DNA of 64,000 nt, from contig NC_057718.1 in assembly GCF_004010195.1 (NCBI RefSeq), positions 104,866,158 to 104,930,157 on the forward strand, read 5' to 3'. Under the pieces are notes generated by a model that did no database searches, was not told the DNA's origin, and was given only the letters and a program-made list of their open reading frames with translations. The position numbers and the translations under genes are program-made. How positions within the stretch are numbered: the stretch's first letter is position 1; every line of letters starts with the position of its first letter. Positions 13,201 through 26,409 of the stretch are shown piece by piece. This DNA is from Chiloscyllium plagiosum (taxonomy: Eukaryota).

Positions 13201-16200
13201 TGGTTAGACTAGGTACTGGCAGCTGAGTCTTTACATTTATTCAGGAGTAAGTTAAGTTCAGAGTTATGAAGAACTGACAGGAAAGGTGGAGATTATGTCA
13301 CAACGAGATCAGCTCGGATCTTATCGAATGGCCAACTCCTGCTCCTAAGTCTCTAGATGTTTGTTAGGAATGAAATTCAAACCTGCTAACTACCCTCAGT
13401 ATTGCACGCTGTAGGGCAGATATAGGCGAGGTACCCATGCAACTAACTAGAAACAAGTGCAAGCTTTTGGAAAAGCTGATTTATGCTCATTCCTATTTTC
13501 TTGAGCTAAGGCTAAGGCTAAACTTGTGCAGCTGTTAAGCAATAGTATAATGCTATTTTGCAATGGGAAAATGTAATTAATTGCAATTTTGAAAGATGTC
13601 ACTTATTTTTATTGCACAGTAGTCATATTTCAGTAAGTGAACAGGATGGTAATGCTAGTTTCAATCACAATGCATTTAACTTCCTTGTTTGGGCTACATT
13701 TCAGTGAATTATCCAAAATGCTATCCCTTCAATAATTCACAATTTACTTTCTAATCATGAATAATGTTTAAAGAAAAACAGACAGCATCAGCCAATTGTT
13801 TGACATTAAAAGGGAGTTGCATCTTCAATTACCACCCTTCTTTTGAAACAGGAAAACCTTTGAGCAACATTTTAACAATAGATTTACTTCAGTGCCACCT
13901 TTTAATACTTTTTCAGGGAAAAATTGGCAAAATAAAATCAGAAAGCCTTCACGGAAACCATGAGCAAGAACGATATAAAGATTATCTCCTTCCCTACAAT
14001 TTTGTTACCTAACTAAACAAACTAGACAATTCGCTGGAGTTGCATTGTAAGATTTAACTGCTGTTATGGCTCAAGAAAAGGGGAATCATTAGCAGAAAGT
14101 CTGGGAATTAGCATGAGAATGTTACCAATTCTTTGGCCTGCAATGCTGTACAGCAGGCATGGGATTGGTGACGGAAATGGATTTACAATTAGTATCTACA
14201 GTATCACTAGAAAAGATTAACTACAGAATGATTCTTTTCAAACTAGACATGTTTTTGGATGGTCAATAGTGAATGTTTTATGTTTCAAGAGAAGCTGGGA
14301 GCTGAGTGAAACAGGATACAAAATGCCTTTCAGAATCGGTTTGAGGCCCACTCCCAGCACAACACATAGCGAGATGGTAACAATGATAGTTTGGGGAATG
14401 TTGGCTTTGCCATCCATTAATGTCCGGGGGGGTGGGGGGGGGGGGATAAAACTACGCCACAAACAACTATTAAAATACAAACTCATCCCAACCACTTGCT
14501 ATGTTGTAACTGTAATAGAGAGAGTAAGGCTGAATGTTCAATGAAGGTTTATATTCACTTGTTGCATCTGTTACATCTTTTGGAAAAATAAAATAAAAAA
14601 TAACTTCATTATATTGAAATAGATTATATATTGAAAATTCAGCAATGTAAAAGACAGTGGGAGCTAGAAATAAACTTCTATGGATCTTCACTTTATATTT
14701 GATATTCAATAGGATGCAGCAGAACTGGAAATGTTTTCAATTCTCAAATCAGTTTCTTCTATTCAGGTTAAGAGCAACCACTGTTATAAATATACAGAGT
14801 CAGGATTCCCTCCTCAACATTTAGTGATAACATAACTATTGCCTTAAAGGAGATAGTAACTCAAGATACTGAAGATTCATTTTACAAATGCATCAGGATA
14901 TATGGCAATGACAGGGCAGATAGGCCACCAATGAATTGGTTGATTTCAACAAATCATGATAGTGAGTCATTCCAGTTAATCTTCAGATAGCGCAGAGGAA
15001 AAGGAGGCCTAAATACATTTACAGTTGCTGCAGCTGAATGCTACTTGTTCGAGATATACATAAGACTAAAATGCTGCCTGTGTGTACAGTCGACAGTACT
15101 CACGATAGTTAGTTGGTTCACTGGAATTACACTACTTCATTCCAATTAATGTTCCCGTAAACAAAGCACAGAAACCAGAAATAAAGATAAAATGTCTTAA
15201 AACAAAATTTCAAATGGAAAACAATTAATGATTCTGCCATTTTGAGCTAATTAACTATGTTGACTTTTGTTTCTCAAACACTGATTATAAACCTCAGAAA
15301 CTATGATGGGTCTATTTGAGATCATACAATGATAACAATAAGAAGTGGCCATTCAGTTTGTCATGACTATGCTGGCTCTCAGTGAGAGCAATTCAGCTCA
15401 ACTTCTAAAGAAATGTAGGTTGAATGTTAGGAACATATGAACACTGCTGAGCTAGTGGCAATGCCCATCACTGGAGCAATGCCCATCTGAATGAAATTTC
15501 AACACTTGCTCAAATCCCCCTCTTGCGGATGTTTACAGAATATTATGATCACCAACTAGAGATGTAACAAAGCTTTCAAAGGGTTTTCTCCCCCATTCTA
15601 CACTACCTCAAAGTTGAAGCCTTCAGTTTCCAAGCTCCAATCCCTGAATGGGACTGATCCAGTATCTACCTCGCCCTAAGATAATTTCTTCAACACTAAA
15701 AAGCATGGACCCCACATTCAATTCTTGAAAGTTAATCATCTCAGGTTAAGAATGATTCCTGAAGTTTAGAAACAATGAAACAATTAAGATCCTGCTTTGT
15801 TACAGCCCTAAAGAGACAACAAACAGGCAGTGAATTAGATGCTGCAAGCTAAGCACTACAACACAGCACAAGCAGCAGCCCTTCCCTTATAAGTACAGTC
15901 CACATCACTTGAAATGTTTTAAAGAGATGGTTATTTCTATCAGCTGAAAAGTGAGAAACATTTACCCTTTGTATTAATAACAAGGTTTTAATAACAAGGT
16001 TGCACTGTGTTCATTCATTAGTTCATACCTCAGACGCACTGTACATATTAAAACAGCTTTCTAATTCTGAAATTTTCCAAATGTGAGCTCATAATTAAAC
16101 AAATGTGAAGTCATGATATTCCACTAAAATAACAAGGTGCTATGTAAATGCAGTGACCTCACCTCTTGCTTTTGACACACTTAAGGTGAGACAGTGCTGA

Positions 16201-16369
16201 AGCTCAAAATACAAATTGATTTGCTTATAATTCCAAAAACATTTAATGTGAGTTAAGAATGGATGCTAATTAATGCCTGACAAAACAGAACGAGAATATT
16301 ACTCTAATTAATACTCTTCATTCCAAGAAAAAACCTGTATTGGATAAAAGATTTTTAATGTTAATATCT

Positions 16370-16592
16370 GCCTGTGTGGAGTTTGCATGGGTTTCCTCTG
16401 GGTGCTCCAGTTTCCAAAGATGTGCAGGTCAGGTGAATTGGCCATGCTAAATTGCCCACAGTGTTCTGTGCGTTAGTCAGGGGTAAATAGAGTAGGGGAA
16501 TGGGTTTGGGTGGGTTACTCTTCGGAGGATCAGTGTGGACTTGATGGGCTGAAGGGCCTGTTTCCACACTGTAGAGAATCTAATCCAATCTA
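16370..16592 (+). mobile_element. 5'-truncated HE1-type SINE
   Basis: Same core and tail as 21736-22045, ending aatctaatccaatcta. Confidence 0.85.
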
Positions 16593-18640
16593 AAAAAAAA
16601 CTCTGCTGTGTTGTAAAGGCCATTACTTGTAGTAGAAAAATTGAATTTGTATGAATGTACCTGTTATAAGCAATGGGGACTGTTTGTCAAAAGATAAGCC
16701 ACAAGCACAAAGGTTTATTTTTAAAACCTATCACATGCACAACAATAAAAATTTCTAAGTTTTCAGGAAAGAAGTGACATGACTGTCACAAAACAACTGC
16801 GGACTGAAATTCCCAAGATGCCAAATAGGACAAAGAAAAATCACACGTTCTGTTTTCTTTTAAAGAACGTGTATAACATTGCTGCATACAGCATCTGAAA
16901 AGGTGAAGGTGGTGTGGGGACAGGGGAAAACAAGATGTTTATCAGACAAAAGTCACAAAACACATCAAGAATGAAAGGAATGAATGCATCCCAAAGAAAA
17001 AGACACACTTGAAAAGAAAATTTTTGTGTAGTTTTCTCAGAAGTGGAGTGGAAAGAAATCCAAGAACTTTTGCACCATACAAGGGACACGCTGAACATTT
17101 CCAACAAGACAGACTCTAACCATTGCTCCTTGATGTTCAGCATGACAATCGTAGAATACACCAATATCAACATCCTGAGGATTTACATTGACCGGAAACT
17201 GGACTGGAACAGCCACATATATACTATGGGTACAACAGCTAGGTCAGAAATCACATGATACCAGGTTATAGTCCAATAGGTTTATGTGAAATTACAAGCT
17301 TTCGGAGCACTGCTCCTTCATCAGGCTGAAAGCTTGGAGACTTCAAATAAACCTGTTGGACTGTAAGCTGGTGTCGTGTGACTTCTGATCTTGTCCAGCC
17401 CAGTCCAACAACTGCATCTCCACATCACAGACACGACAGCTAGCTAGAGGGTAGGCATCCTGCAGCAAACTGACCTCTTGACTCCCCAAAGCCTGTCCAC
17501 CATCTACAAAGGCACAAGGCAGGAGTGTGGTAGAATACTCCCCATCTGCCTGAATGGGTGCAGCTCCAACAACATGCAAGAAGCTTGACACCATCCAGGA
17601 CAGAGCAGCCTGTGTGATAGGCACCACATCCACATTTAATCCATTTACCAGCTATGGTCAGAGAAAGATACATTGCAGAAATTCAAGAAAGGATCCTTAG
17701 ACAGTACCTATCAAACTCAAGACCATTACCACTCGAAGGATAAGGGCAGCAGAGATATAGGAACAGCAACACTATAATATTTATAGGAAAGTGTACCATG
17801 AAGGCTCACTTCCTGACCCCTTAAAACCACTCTTCCATCCACAAGGGTCAAGTGAAGAGTGTGACAAAATACTCAGTACTTATTTGGAACAACAATTCAA
17901 CAAGCACATCATTCGGGACAGAATGTCTGCTTTAACTGTTGACCTTGCCATCAAATGATATAATTCACTCTCTCTACCATTGGTGCACTGTGTCTGAAGT
18001 ATGCATGGTACTCAGCAGGAACTAGCCAGAGGTACTTTAATAGCAACTTCCTCTTCAGGATTGTCTGAACCTAAAACACTAAGAAAGGCAAGAGCAATAA
18101 ACCACGGAAACCACACTGCCTCCTGAGCTTCCCTCCAGGTAATGCATGATCCTAATCTGGACAGGTATCCTCAATCCTTCACAGTCATTTGACTGGTGCC
18201 CTGGAAATTCCTTATAGGTGTGCCAGCTGTTCATAAGGAAAGCCCACCATTAACTCCTCAGACAACTCAGGATGTACAGGAGGAATAATCATCCCATTCC
18301 AACAAAAAAACAAGCCAGGAATCGGAAAGAAAGCCAAGATCATCTAATTTTCCTGGTCTCCGAAGAAATACATTGCTAAAGTAAATGGACTTCAGCTTAA
18401 GAATACTAAAACACATACAAATAAAGACAAAAGGAGTTAAATGCCTAAAGAAAGCATTATGTTGGTTGATTTGTGATTTGCAGCACATCAAAAAAATTAA
18501 ACTGTCGTAATTGGATGAAGGATACCATTGCTTTCAATAAAATAGATCTGATTCCAAACAGACAAACCTGGTTCATGGGTAAAGAGTCACGTGATCACAG
18601 TGTTCAAGGCCTAACCATGTAGTTAAGACAGTCTGCTGAC

Positions 18641-18724
18641 CTGGGATTATATAATTGTTGCTAGAGCTACTGCCATCTACGGGTCCAAAGAAATCGAGGC
18701 TTACAACAGTGGAACCTCCATTAG
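18641..18724 (-). CDS. AFTPH: AFTPH cassette exon 8 orthologue ((A)NGGSTVVSLDFFGPVDGSSSSNNYIIP(G)); in-frame acceptor is non-canonical
   Basis: 84-nt phase 1-1 block matching recalled human ASGGSTLLNLDFFGPVDDSSSSSSTTIP; donor CAG|GTCAGC. The bases before the in-frame start are ...catggcta, not AG. Confidence 0.75.
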
Positions 18725-20281
18725 TAGCCATGCTGGTAAGTAGTCATACAGAGGGTTAACCAGTGAAAGGAACTGATAAACGACAAGGGGACAAGACACA
18801 AACTTCAACAGGCAGATTCTCATTACCACATATTATAAGCCTAAGCATTCAAACATAAGGATTAGTTACCCAAGCTAGCTAGTCAGTCAATCAATCAGTT
18901 CTATAATGAATATTAGTTACAATACATAGGCAATAAAATGCACAAAATGCTGCAGCTTAAAAAACAATGAGGGAATGCACTTTCCTCAACAATGTGACTG
19001 ACACAGAAATTTAATTTGAAATTGAGCCTGACAAACAAGTCACAAGCACAAGGAACCAATCATGAAGTAAGCAGGAAGATTTGACTGGGTTGTTAATGGG
19101 CACTAAAACAGAGAAGATGACCCAAGCGGTCTTTCCACTTTTCGACAAGGTGTTTGTGGGATGGGACTTTGATTTGACCCACATGATTAAGCCTTGGAGC
19201 ACTGCAGGAAGACCAATAAAATAATTCTCATTTTAACTTTAGCAGTTTACTAAGTTATGATTTTATAGATCTACACGTTCAGACACACAATACTTCAAAA
19301 TTTATAAAACATTGTCATATTTGGAACCTAAATACTTCAACCACCTATGAAATTCAGTATTCAACAAGTTAAAAAAGATTACACATGTAGCCAAAATAAA
19401 GCCAAATGTTAGCAAGTCTTATATAACTACACACAAAGTAAATGCTTAAGTTGGTTTTGAGGTGTTAGATAGTATAACTGACATTAGGGACCATGCAACA
19501 TTCAAAAACTAACTTGAGCAAGCTGGTAGTCTTATTCTATTTGTTACAACAAACTTAGTTTTTCTTGCTTAAGCAATTGTGCATTAAAAAGAAATGTAGA
19601 TAACATGAGATAGAGAAAGTAGTCTGCAAGAGAAGAAGTCCTCTTGCATGTGAACTGTTAAGTTTTCAGAGATTAGTAAGTCTGACAGTCAGAATAATTT
19701 ATTATAACTTGCAATAAATTACAATGATAAAAAATGATTAATTGAACTTTCTTTTGTTCAGTTAAGTAAAGTGATTTTTTTTCCCCTACATATATACAAT
19801 TCTTTAAAAATGCACTCTCTGGTTTAGGGCAGAACTTATTTTTAAAAATTACAAGTAAACGCATTGCAGCTCTCCACAAAAACTGCAAACATTTTCATGA
19901 GGCTGTTAACGGAAAGTAAGCTTCAAATGTTGATTCGGCAAACTACTATTGTTAATGCAGTTATAAAATCAGCTATTTTAGGTAGTACAATTGAAAACAT
20001 TAATACTGCATAGTTTTGTATGATTATTATAGGAGGGAAAGAATTGAAACTGTGAAAGCAAGGATGCAATGTTAGCATTCTAATGCTCATCTACAGTATT
20101 TATTTTCGTGTTGAGGCACTTTCATAATGCACTAAACTAGGTTACAAAAAAGCCAGGATTTCCATAGTGAGAAATAAATGGAAAGCAAAACAAAAGAAAA
20201 ATCAGGAGAGAGAAGTCTGTCTGAACTTGGTAGGTTTCTTAACTCTAGCTCTGGTGCTAGAGGTTCTATGCAGGGACGTAC

Positions 20282-20342
20282 CATCAAGAGGATTAGTAAG
20301 GCCACTGCTACTCCAGTCAAACTGAACAGGTGGGACGTGCTC
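20282..20342 (-). CDS. AFTPH: AFTPH exon 7 (EHVPPVQFDWSSSGLTNPLD)
   Basis: cttttctccatag| acceptor, G|GTACGT donor, 61 nt, phase 0 to 1; not in the ORF track. Confidence 0.96.
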
Positions 20343-20928
20343 CTATGGAGAAAAGAAAACATGACATTACACAGGAACGCTGACGTGTACTGAGAGGAAA
20401 AGGGTATCTGGCTGCAAATTAATATCAAAGCAGAGAGTTTTGGTATTTCTTAGCTCCATTGCAATTGTGCATAATATTCAACTCTCCAAGTTTACATTGA
20501 GTTAAACAAAGACACTGCTATTTAAATCAGTGATGAATATGACAAAGTAAACATCTCCAGATGAAGCCACCAATCTGTTTCCCAACCTCTGTCTCATTAC
20601 TGCAGAGAGTTCTCAAACAAGCAAGGTATTTCCCATGGACAGTGAGATGACCAGATAGCAATGTCATTTGAGCAGACAGATGCAAAATAAAATAAATCAT
20701 TGTTTTCAGATTTCAATCCACCATTCAGCAAGGATGGAATAAAACATTAAGCACAGTGGAAAGTTTATTAAAAGGCTAGGCAATAATTAATCTATAGAGC
20801 AAAGTTTGCCTCGTCAATCTTCCTTCTGCTCCCTACAACTTACTACCCAGCAAATAAAGCTATTTACAAGCAAAAAAAATAAATCATTAGATATCCTTTA
20901 GTAATGAAACAAAATAATTTATAATTAC

Positions 20929-21060
20929 TTGGATTTCATCAGATGCAGAACCACACATTTCTGAGGGCGTTCCACTTGCAGTTGAAATTTGACCTATTGA
21001 CGCTATCTTCTCTGCAGCTGATATTGGTTTTACTGGTTCTTTAGTGGGTTCTAACATGCC
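20929..21060 (-). CDS. AFTPH: AFTPH exon 6 (GMLEPTKEPVKPISAAEKIASIGQ...DEIQ)
   Basis: tttgtttcag| acceptor, CAA|GTAATT donor, 132 nt, phase 0 to 0. Confidence 0.96.
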
Positions 21061-21735
21061 CTGAAACAAAAGAAATCAAGATACATAAAAAGCAGGTATA
21101 CTCTAACTGGCAAATTTTGAGATCATATGTTCTTGGAATTAAGCCTCACCAGGTGCAAGTGCATAATTGGAAATAGTGGGTGCAGAGCCCAGGTTTTTCT
21201 GCTTAGCAACAGAAATTCAAAGTTGTTGAACGCACAATTTCCTTATCGTACTTTCAAAACATGAGCACTCATGTTAGCAGCATGCACTTGCAAAATTAAC
21301 CTTTTAGGTTCTCAGCCAATGACTGAAGTAAAACTTTAAGAGCAACCGAAAAATATACTGGGTTATATTACTGATGATACTTAACCCGACTACTGAACAT
21401 TAAAGATTTCCAGACATCACTTAAATTACCACACCATCGATTGCAATACCATACCTACATAAGAGGCTTGAAATGGGGAATACAAACAAAAACTGGATGT
21501 TGTGAACTCCAAGGCAACAATGGTTACTGTGATTAAGTTAATAGCTGCAAGGTCCAGTTTAAATCCTTGCCTTTCTTTGTAAAGGCTTTGCGCATGGTCT
21601 AACTGGGGACCTGACAGGGTAGATACTATAACATGTTACCTGTGTGTGGGAGACTGGAACAAAGGCGACACCATTTAAGAATAAGAAGTCTCCTTTTCAA
21701 GACACATGGGGGGGGAATCGTTTTTGCTCAGAGGG

Positions 21736-22045
21736 TTAGATTAGATTACTTACAGTGTGGAAACAGGCCCTTCGGCCCAACAAGTCCACACCGACCCGCC
21801 GAAGCGCACCCACCCATACCCATTCCCCTACATTTACCCCTGCATCTAACACTACGGGCAATTTAGCATGGCCAATTCACCTAACCTGCATATTTTTGGA
21901 CTGTGGGAGGAAACCGGAGCACCCGGAGGAAACCCACGCAGACACGGGGAGAATGTGCAAACTTCACACAGTCAGTCGTCTGAGGCGGGAATTGAACCCG
22001 GGTCTCTGGCGCTGTGAGGCAGCAATGCTAACCACTGTGCCACCG
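21736..22045 (-). mobile_element. Full-length, little-decayed HE1-type SINE
   Basis: Minus strand: ggtggcacagtggttagc (A box)...gggttcaattccc (B box)...gggccgaagggcctgtttccacactgtaagtaatctaatctaa; many CpGs retained. Confidence 0.92.
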
Positions 22046-23194
22046 TTCTTAATTGTGAAATTTTCTTCTCCAGACAGTTGAGAAGCCCAGGACATTGTCT
22101 AATTCTGCCTTGAGGGAATTCAAATTATTGATAAACAAGGGAGTCCAGATTGATGGAGGCCAACAGGAACGTGGGGTTGCGACACTAAGCAGATCAGCCA
22201 TTCTGTCACTGAATGTGGAGCAGGCTCATGTGGCCAGATGGCCTAACCCCGCTCCCAAGTCCTGTGTTCCCATGATTGGAATGGGCGGTCTGATTCTTGT
22301 CCTGAAAAACCCAGTGAAAAAGTAAATACCTTTTTCTTAAATACTGAGCAGTCTAAAGAGACTACCCCACTGTACACACATAGCCCTGGGGTGACCTGCT
22401 GTCATAAGGCCACATGGTAAAATTTGGGAAGCCCAGTACTATGTTAATGGTTCAGGTAAAGGTTCGAGGAATGGAGCGCCATCACTGTAAAGTGCAATAC
22501 TGTATTGCAATTAGATCAGCAATGATTGAAATCAGATAGACCAACTTGATCCTTATTTCTCATGTCAAATGAAAGCTTTCAGAATGATTAGTGATCATTT
22601 GTAGTTCAATAAAAGAGTACTGCAAATAATGATTTGGTCAAAGTCTGAAGGCTTCATGATCATAAACAGGATCTGAACTGAGAATGAGAGAAAACAAGAT
22701 TTGTTTGTAATTTGCTTTTCAAATACAAAGAATGTAGGGACCAAGCTAACCCAATGCAAGAATAAAAAAAAATCACTTTCCATCTTCTATATGTACAGCT
22801 AAACAAGTATAATAATTACCATGTATATTCTGGAAATCAGCCTGTTAAAATGAAATTTATCATAAAGAACAGAAAACGTACTTTACACTGTGGGCAATTT
22901 ACACAAGATGATTCTGTCCACGACTGTAGTTTGATAGACATTTTCAGTTTACAACCAATCTACCATATCAGATTGCTAGAGGATTTCTGCATCTAGTTTG
23001 CTTGAAAATTTGAAATACCAATAGGATAAAATTTGTTGGATCCATCAGACTTGCCAAATACTTTACATTATATGAATGTTTAGGATACTTGAACAATAAA
23101 ATGATAGAATTACATGTGCAGGCCATTCTTGCTTTTGTGCTTCCATGCATAGAGATGGAATGGAGGTTATTAATGCATCATAATATAGACTTAC

Positions 23195-23251
23195 CAGACC
23201 AGATGCGTATGCAGGAACAATGACAGGCTGCTTCCTCTGCCCTGTAAACAA
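23195..23251 (-). CDS. AFTPH: AFTPH exon 5 (LFTGQRKQPVIVPAYASGL)
   Basis: ttttgaaag| acceptor, CTG|GTAAGT donor, 57 nt, phase 0 to 0. Confidence 0.96.
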
Positions 23252-24019
23252 CTTTCAAAACAGAGACAATTACAATCATTTGATTATTTTATTAAACCTG
23301 AAATGAAATGAAAATATCAGAGTTTTAGTGATAACAGTTTGCAGTTCTGTTTCTAAAGTACAATTTAAAATCTGACATTTGTTTTTAAGAATTAGAAATT
23401 GGCTTTGCACTTAAAGTTCTGACAGTTTAGCTCAGTCGGTGATAATTCTTCCACTTGGTTATGAGTTTCAGTTACATACAAATGTTTGAACTCATTATCT
23501 AAACTGAAATCTCCCTGCCGCACTCAAAACTTACCACCCTATCAGAGTTCAAACTTTAGAGGACAAAAGGCAGTTTCAAAAACAAGGTAACTCTCCTTTC
23601 CCCACAACTACCACCAAATGTATTAAATGTCTATCTCACAAACAGCAACCAGAACATTGCTACCAGAGTGACTCATTTGCCCTTACAAGAGTCAGCACGT
23701 TTCAGAAAGAATGAATTAATGAAGTATAGTTGTTTATTGGAAGTAAGCCAGCTGCATCAAAAGACAGTGACTTTTCTTTCATTTAAAAAAAAATCTATTC
23801 ATGGAAGGTGAGCATCACTGGCTGAGGCCAGTATTTCCTGCCCGTCCTAATTGCCCTGGAGAGTGTGGTGCTCTACTACCTTCTTAAACCTCTACAATCC
23901 AGGTAATTATAGGTATAGCCACAATGCTGTGAAAGAGAGTGAATGTACAGCAATATATATCAAGTCATTTCCAGGTGTGAGACTTGGAGGGGAACTTGCA
24001 CGTGGTGGTGTATCTACTG

Positions 24020-25730
24020 TTACAGATTTGCACAGCAGGGAAACAGGCCCTTCAGTTCAATTCATCCATGCCAACCAGATATCCTATATGAATCTAGTCT
24101 CATTTGCCAGTATTTGGTCCACATCCCTCTAAACCCTTCTGATTCATATACTCATCCAGATGCCTTTTAATATTCTAATTGTGCCAGTCTCCACCACATC
24201 CTCTGGCAGCTCATTCCGTACACGCCCCACAATCCGCAAGAAAACGTTCCCCCTTAGGTCTCTTAAGTATTTCCCCCCTCACCCTAAACCTATGCCCTCT
24301 AGTTTTGGACTCCCCCACCCCAGGGAAAATACCTTGGCTATTTACCTTATCCATGCCCCTCATGATTTCATAAACCTCTAAGGTCACCCCTCAGCCTCAG
24401 ACGCTCCAGTGAAAGCAGCCCTAGCCTATTCAGCCTCTCTTTATAGGTCAAATCCTCCAAACCTGGCAATATCCTTGTAAATCTTTTCTGATCCCTTTCA
24501 AGTTTCACAACATTCTTCCTATAGCAGGGAGACCAGAATTGCACGCAGTATTCCAAAACTGGCCTAACCAATGTCCTATATAGCCCAACACCTGTACTCA
24601 ATACTCTGACCAATAAAGGAAAGCATACCAAATGCCTTCTTCACTATCCTATCTACCTGCAACTCCACTTTCAAGGAGCTATGAACCTGCACTCCAAGGT
24701 CTCTGTTCAGCAACACTCCCCATAACATTATCATTAAGTGTATAAGTCCTGCTCTGAATTGCCTTTCCAAATGCAGCATCTCACATTTATCTAATTAAGC
24801 TCAATCTGTCACGCTTCGGTCCACTGGCCAACCTGATCAAGATCCCATTGTACTCGGAGGTAACCTCCTTCACTGTCCACGACACCACCAATTTTGGTGT
24901 CCTCTGCAAACTTACTAACCATACCTCCTATGTTCACATCCAAATCATTTATATAAATGATGAAAAGCAGTGAATCTAGAACCGATTCTTGTGGCACACC
25001 ACTGGTCATAAGCTTCTAATCTGAAAAGCAAACCCTCCACCACCACCCTCTGCTGCCCTTGCCCTTCTAGGTGGCAGTAGAGTCAGAGTCAGAGATGTAC
25101 AGCACAGAAACAGACCCTTCGGTCCAACCCGTCCATGCTGACCAGATATCCGAATCCAATCTAGTCCCACCTGTCAGCACCCGGCCCATATCCCTCCAAA
25201 TACTTCCTATTCATATACCCATCCAAATGCCTCTTAAATGTTGCAATTGTACCAGCCTCCACCACTTCCTCTGGCAGCTCATTCCATACACGTATCACCC
25301 TCGGCGTGAAAAAGTTGCCCCTTAGGTCTCTTTCATATCTTTCCCCTCTCACCCTAAACCTATGCCCTCTACTCTGGACTCCTCGACCCCAGGGAAAAGA
25401 CTTTGTCTATTTATCCTATCCATGCCCCTCATAATTTTATAAACCTCTATAAGGTCACCTCTCAGCCTCTGATGCTCCAGGGAAAATAGCCCCAGCCTGT
25501 TCAGCCTCTCCCTATAGCACAAATCCTCCAACCCTGGCAACATCCTTGTCAATCTTTTATGAACCCTTTCAAGTTTCACACCATCCTTCCAATAGGAAGG
25601 AGACCAGAACTGCACGCAATTTTCCAACAGTGGCCTAACCAATGTCCTGTACAGCCACAACATCACCTCCCAACTCCTGTACTCAATACTCTGACCAATA
25701 AAGGGAAGTATACCAAACACCACCTTCACT
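24020..25730 (-). mobile_element. Two adjacent CR1 LINE 3' portions (~24020-25060 and ~25078-25730)
   Basis: ORF fragments [65 protein letters not shown]. Confidence 0.92.
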
Positions 25731-25803
25731 GTAGCGACGGGTCTGGAAGGTGCAGTCAAGCTCTAACACAATTCTCCTTTATTACCCAATCCCATTAACT
25801 TAC

Positions 25804-25930
25804 GATGTTTCTGGTATCAATTCCCAGAGAAATTAGAAGCTTTTTGTTGCTGTGAGAACCACCCCACTGGTATCTCAGGCCGTGAGCATCTTCCATATCT
25901 TGTAGCTCGGTCCACAAAGATAACAACTCC
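25804..25930 (-). CDS. AFTPH: AFTPH exon 4 (ELLSLWTELQDMEDAHGLRYQWGGSHSNKKLLISLGIDTRNI)
   Basis: atgcag| acceptor, ATC|GTAAGT donor, 127 nt, phase 2 to 0; highly conserved aftiphilin C-terminal block. Confidence 0.98.
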
Positions 25931-26260
25931 CTGCATGATCCACAAGAAATAATAAAGCAATTCAGCACAATAAAACACATGACTCAGCTGATTAAGCACT
26001 TTGATTAAAATAGTCTGATTAGAGTAGATTTTGTTACAGATTTTCATTTATATTGGCTTCAGCAAGTACACATTTGGATTTAACAAATTTTTGTTGCTGC
26101 AGTATGCAAAGAACATTTCAGTTGAATCTTCATCAGCTCAATTTTTAGAGCTTTTATTCATAATAAGATTAATCAATCATTTTCAGTGCATTTAACCATG
26201 TTTTTACCAAGCTATTTCAAGTGAACCCTCAGCAATTTATGTACTTGTTCACAGTCTTAC

Positions 26261-26409
26261 CCATTGTTTGCCTTGACCTGGTCTCCCTTTTCCAGTCCAG
26301 ACTGCAGCAGTTGCCCTAGGGAGCAGATTTCTTCTTTGGTGACTTTAACAGCTGGCACTGGAGAAAAACAAGTTTGGAAAACTCGCTCCAGACGCTTTAG
26401 CAAAGACAC
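26261..26409 (-). CDS. AFTPH: AFTPH exon 3 (VSLLKRLERVFQTCF...QVKANNG)
   Basis: taatgcag| acceptor, GG|GTAAGA donor, 149 nt, phase 0 to 2; resembles recalled human LLNRLERIFEACF. Confidence 0.95.

Noticed and set aside
18720..18765. U12 (AT-AC) intron explanation for the odd cassette-exon acceptor
   Set aside because: The upstream donor is GTACGT, not the U12 RTATCCTT consensus; no TCCTTAAC branch site; the nearby AC gives the wrong phase.
21975..22045. tRNA gene (A and B boxes)
   Set aside because: It is the head of an HE1-type SINE, continuous with the SINE core and LINE-like tail.
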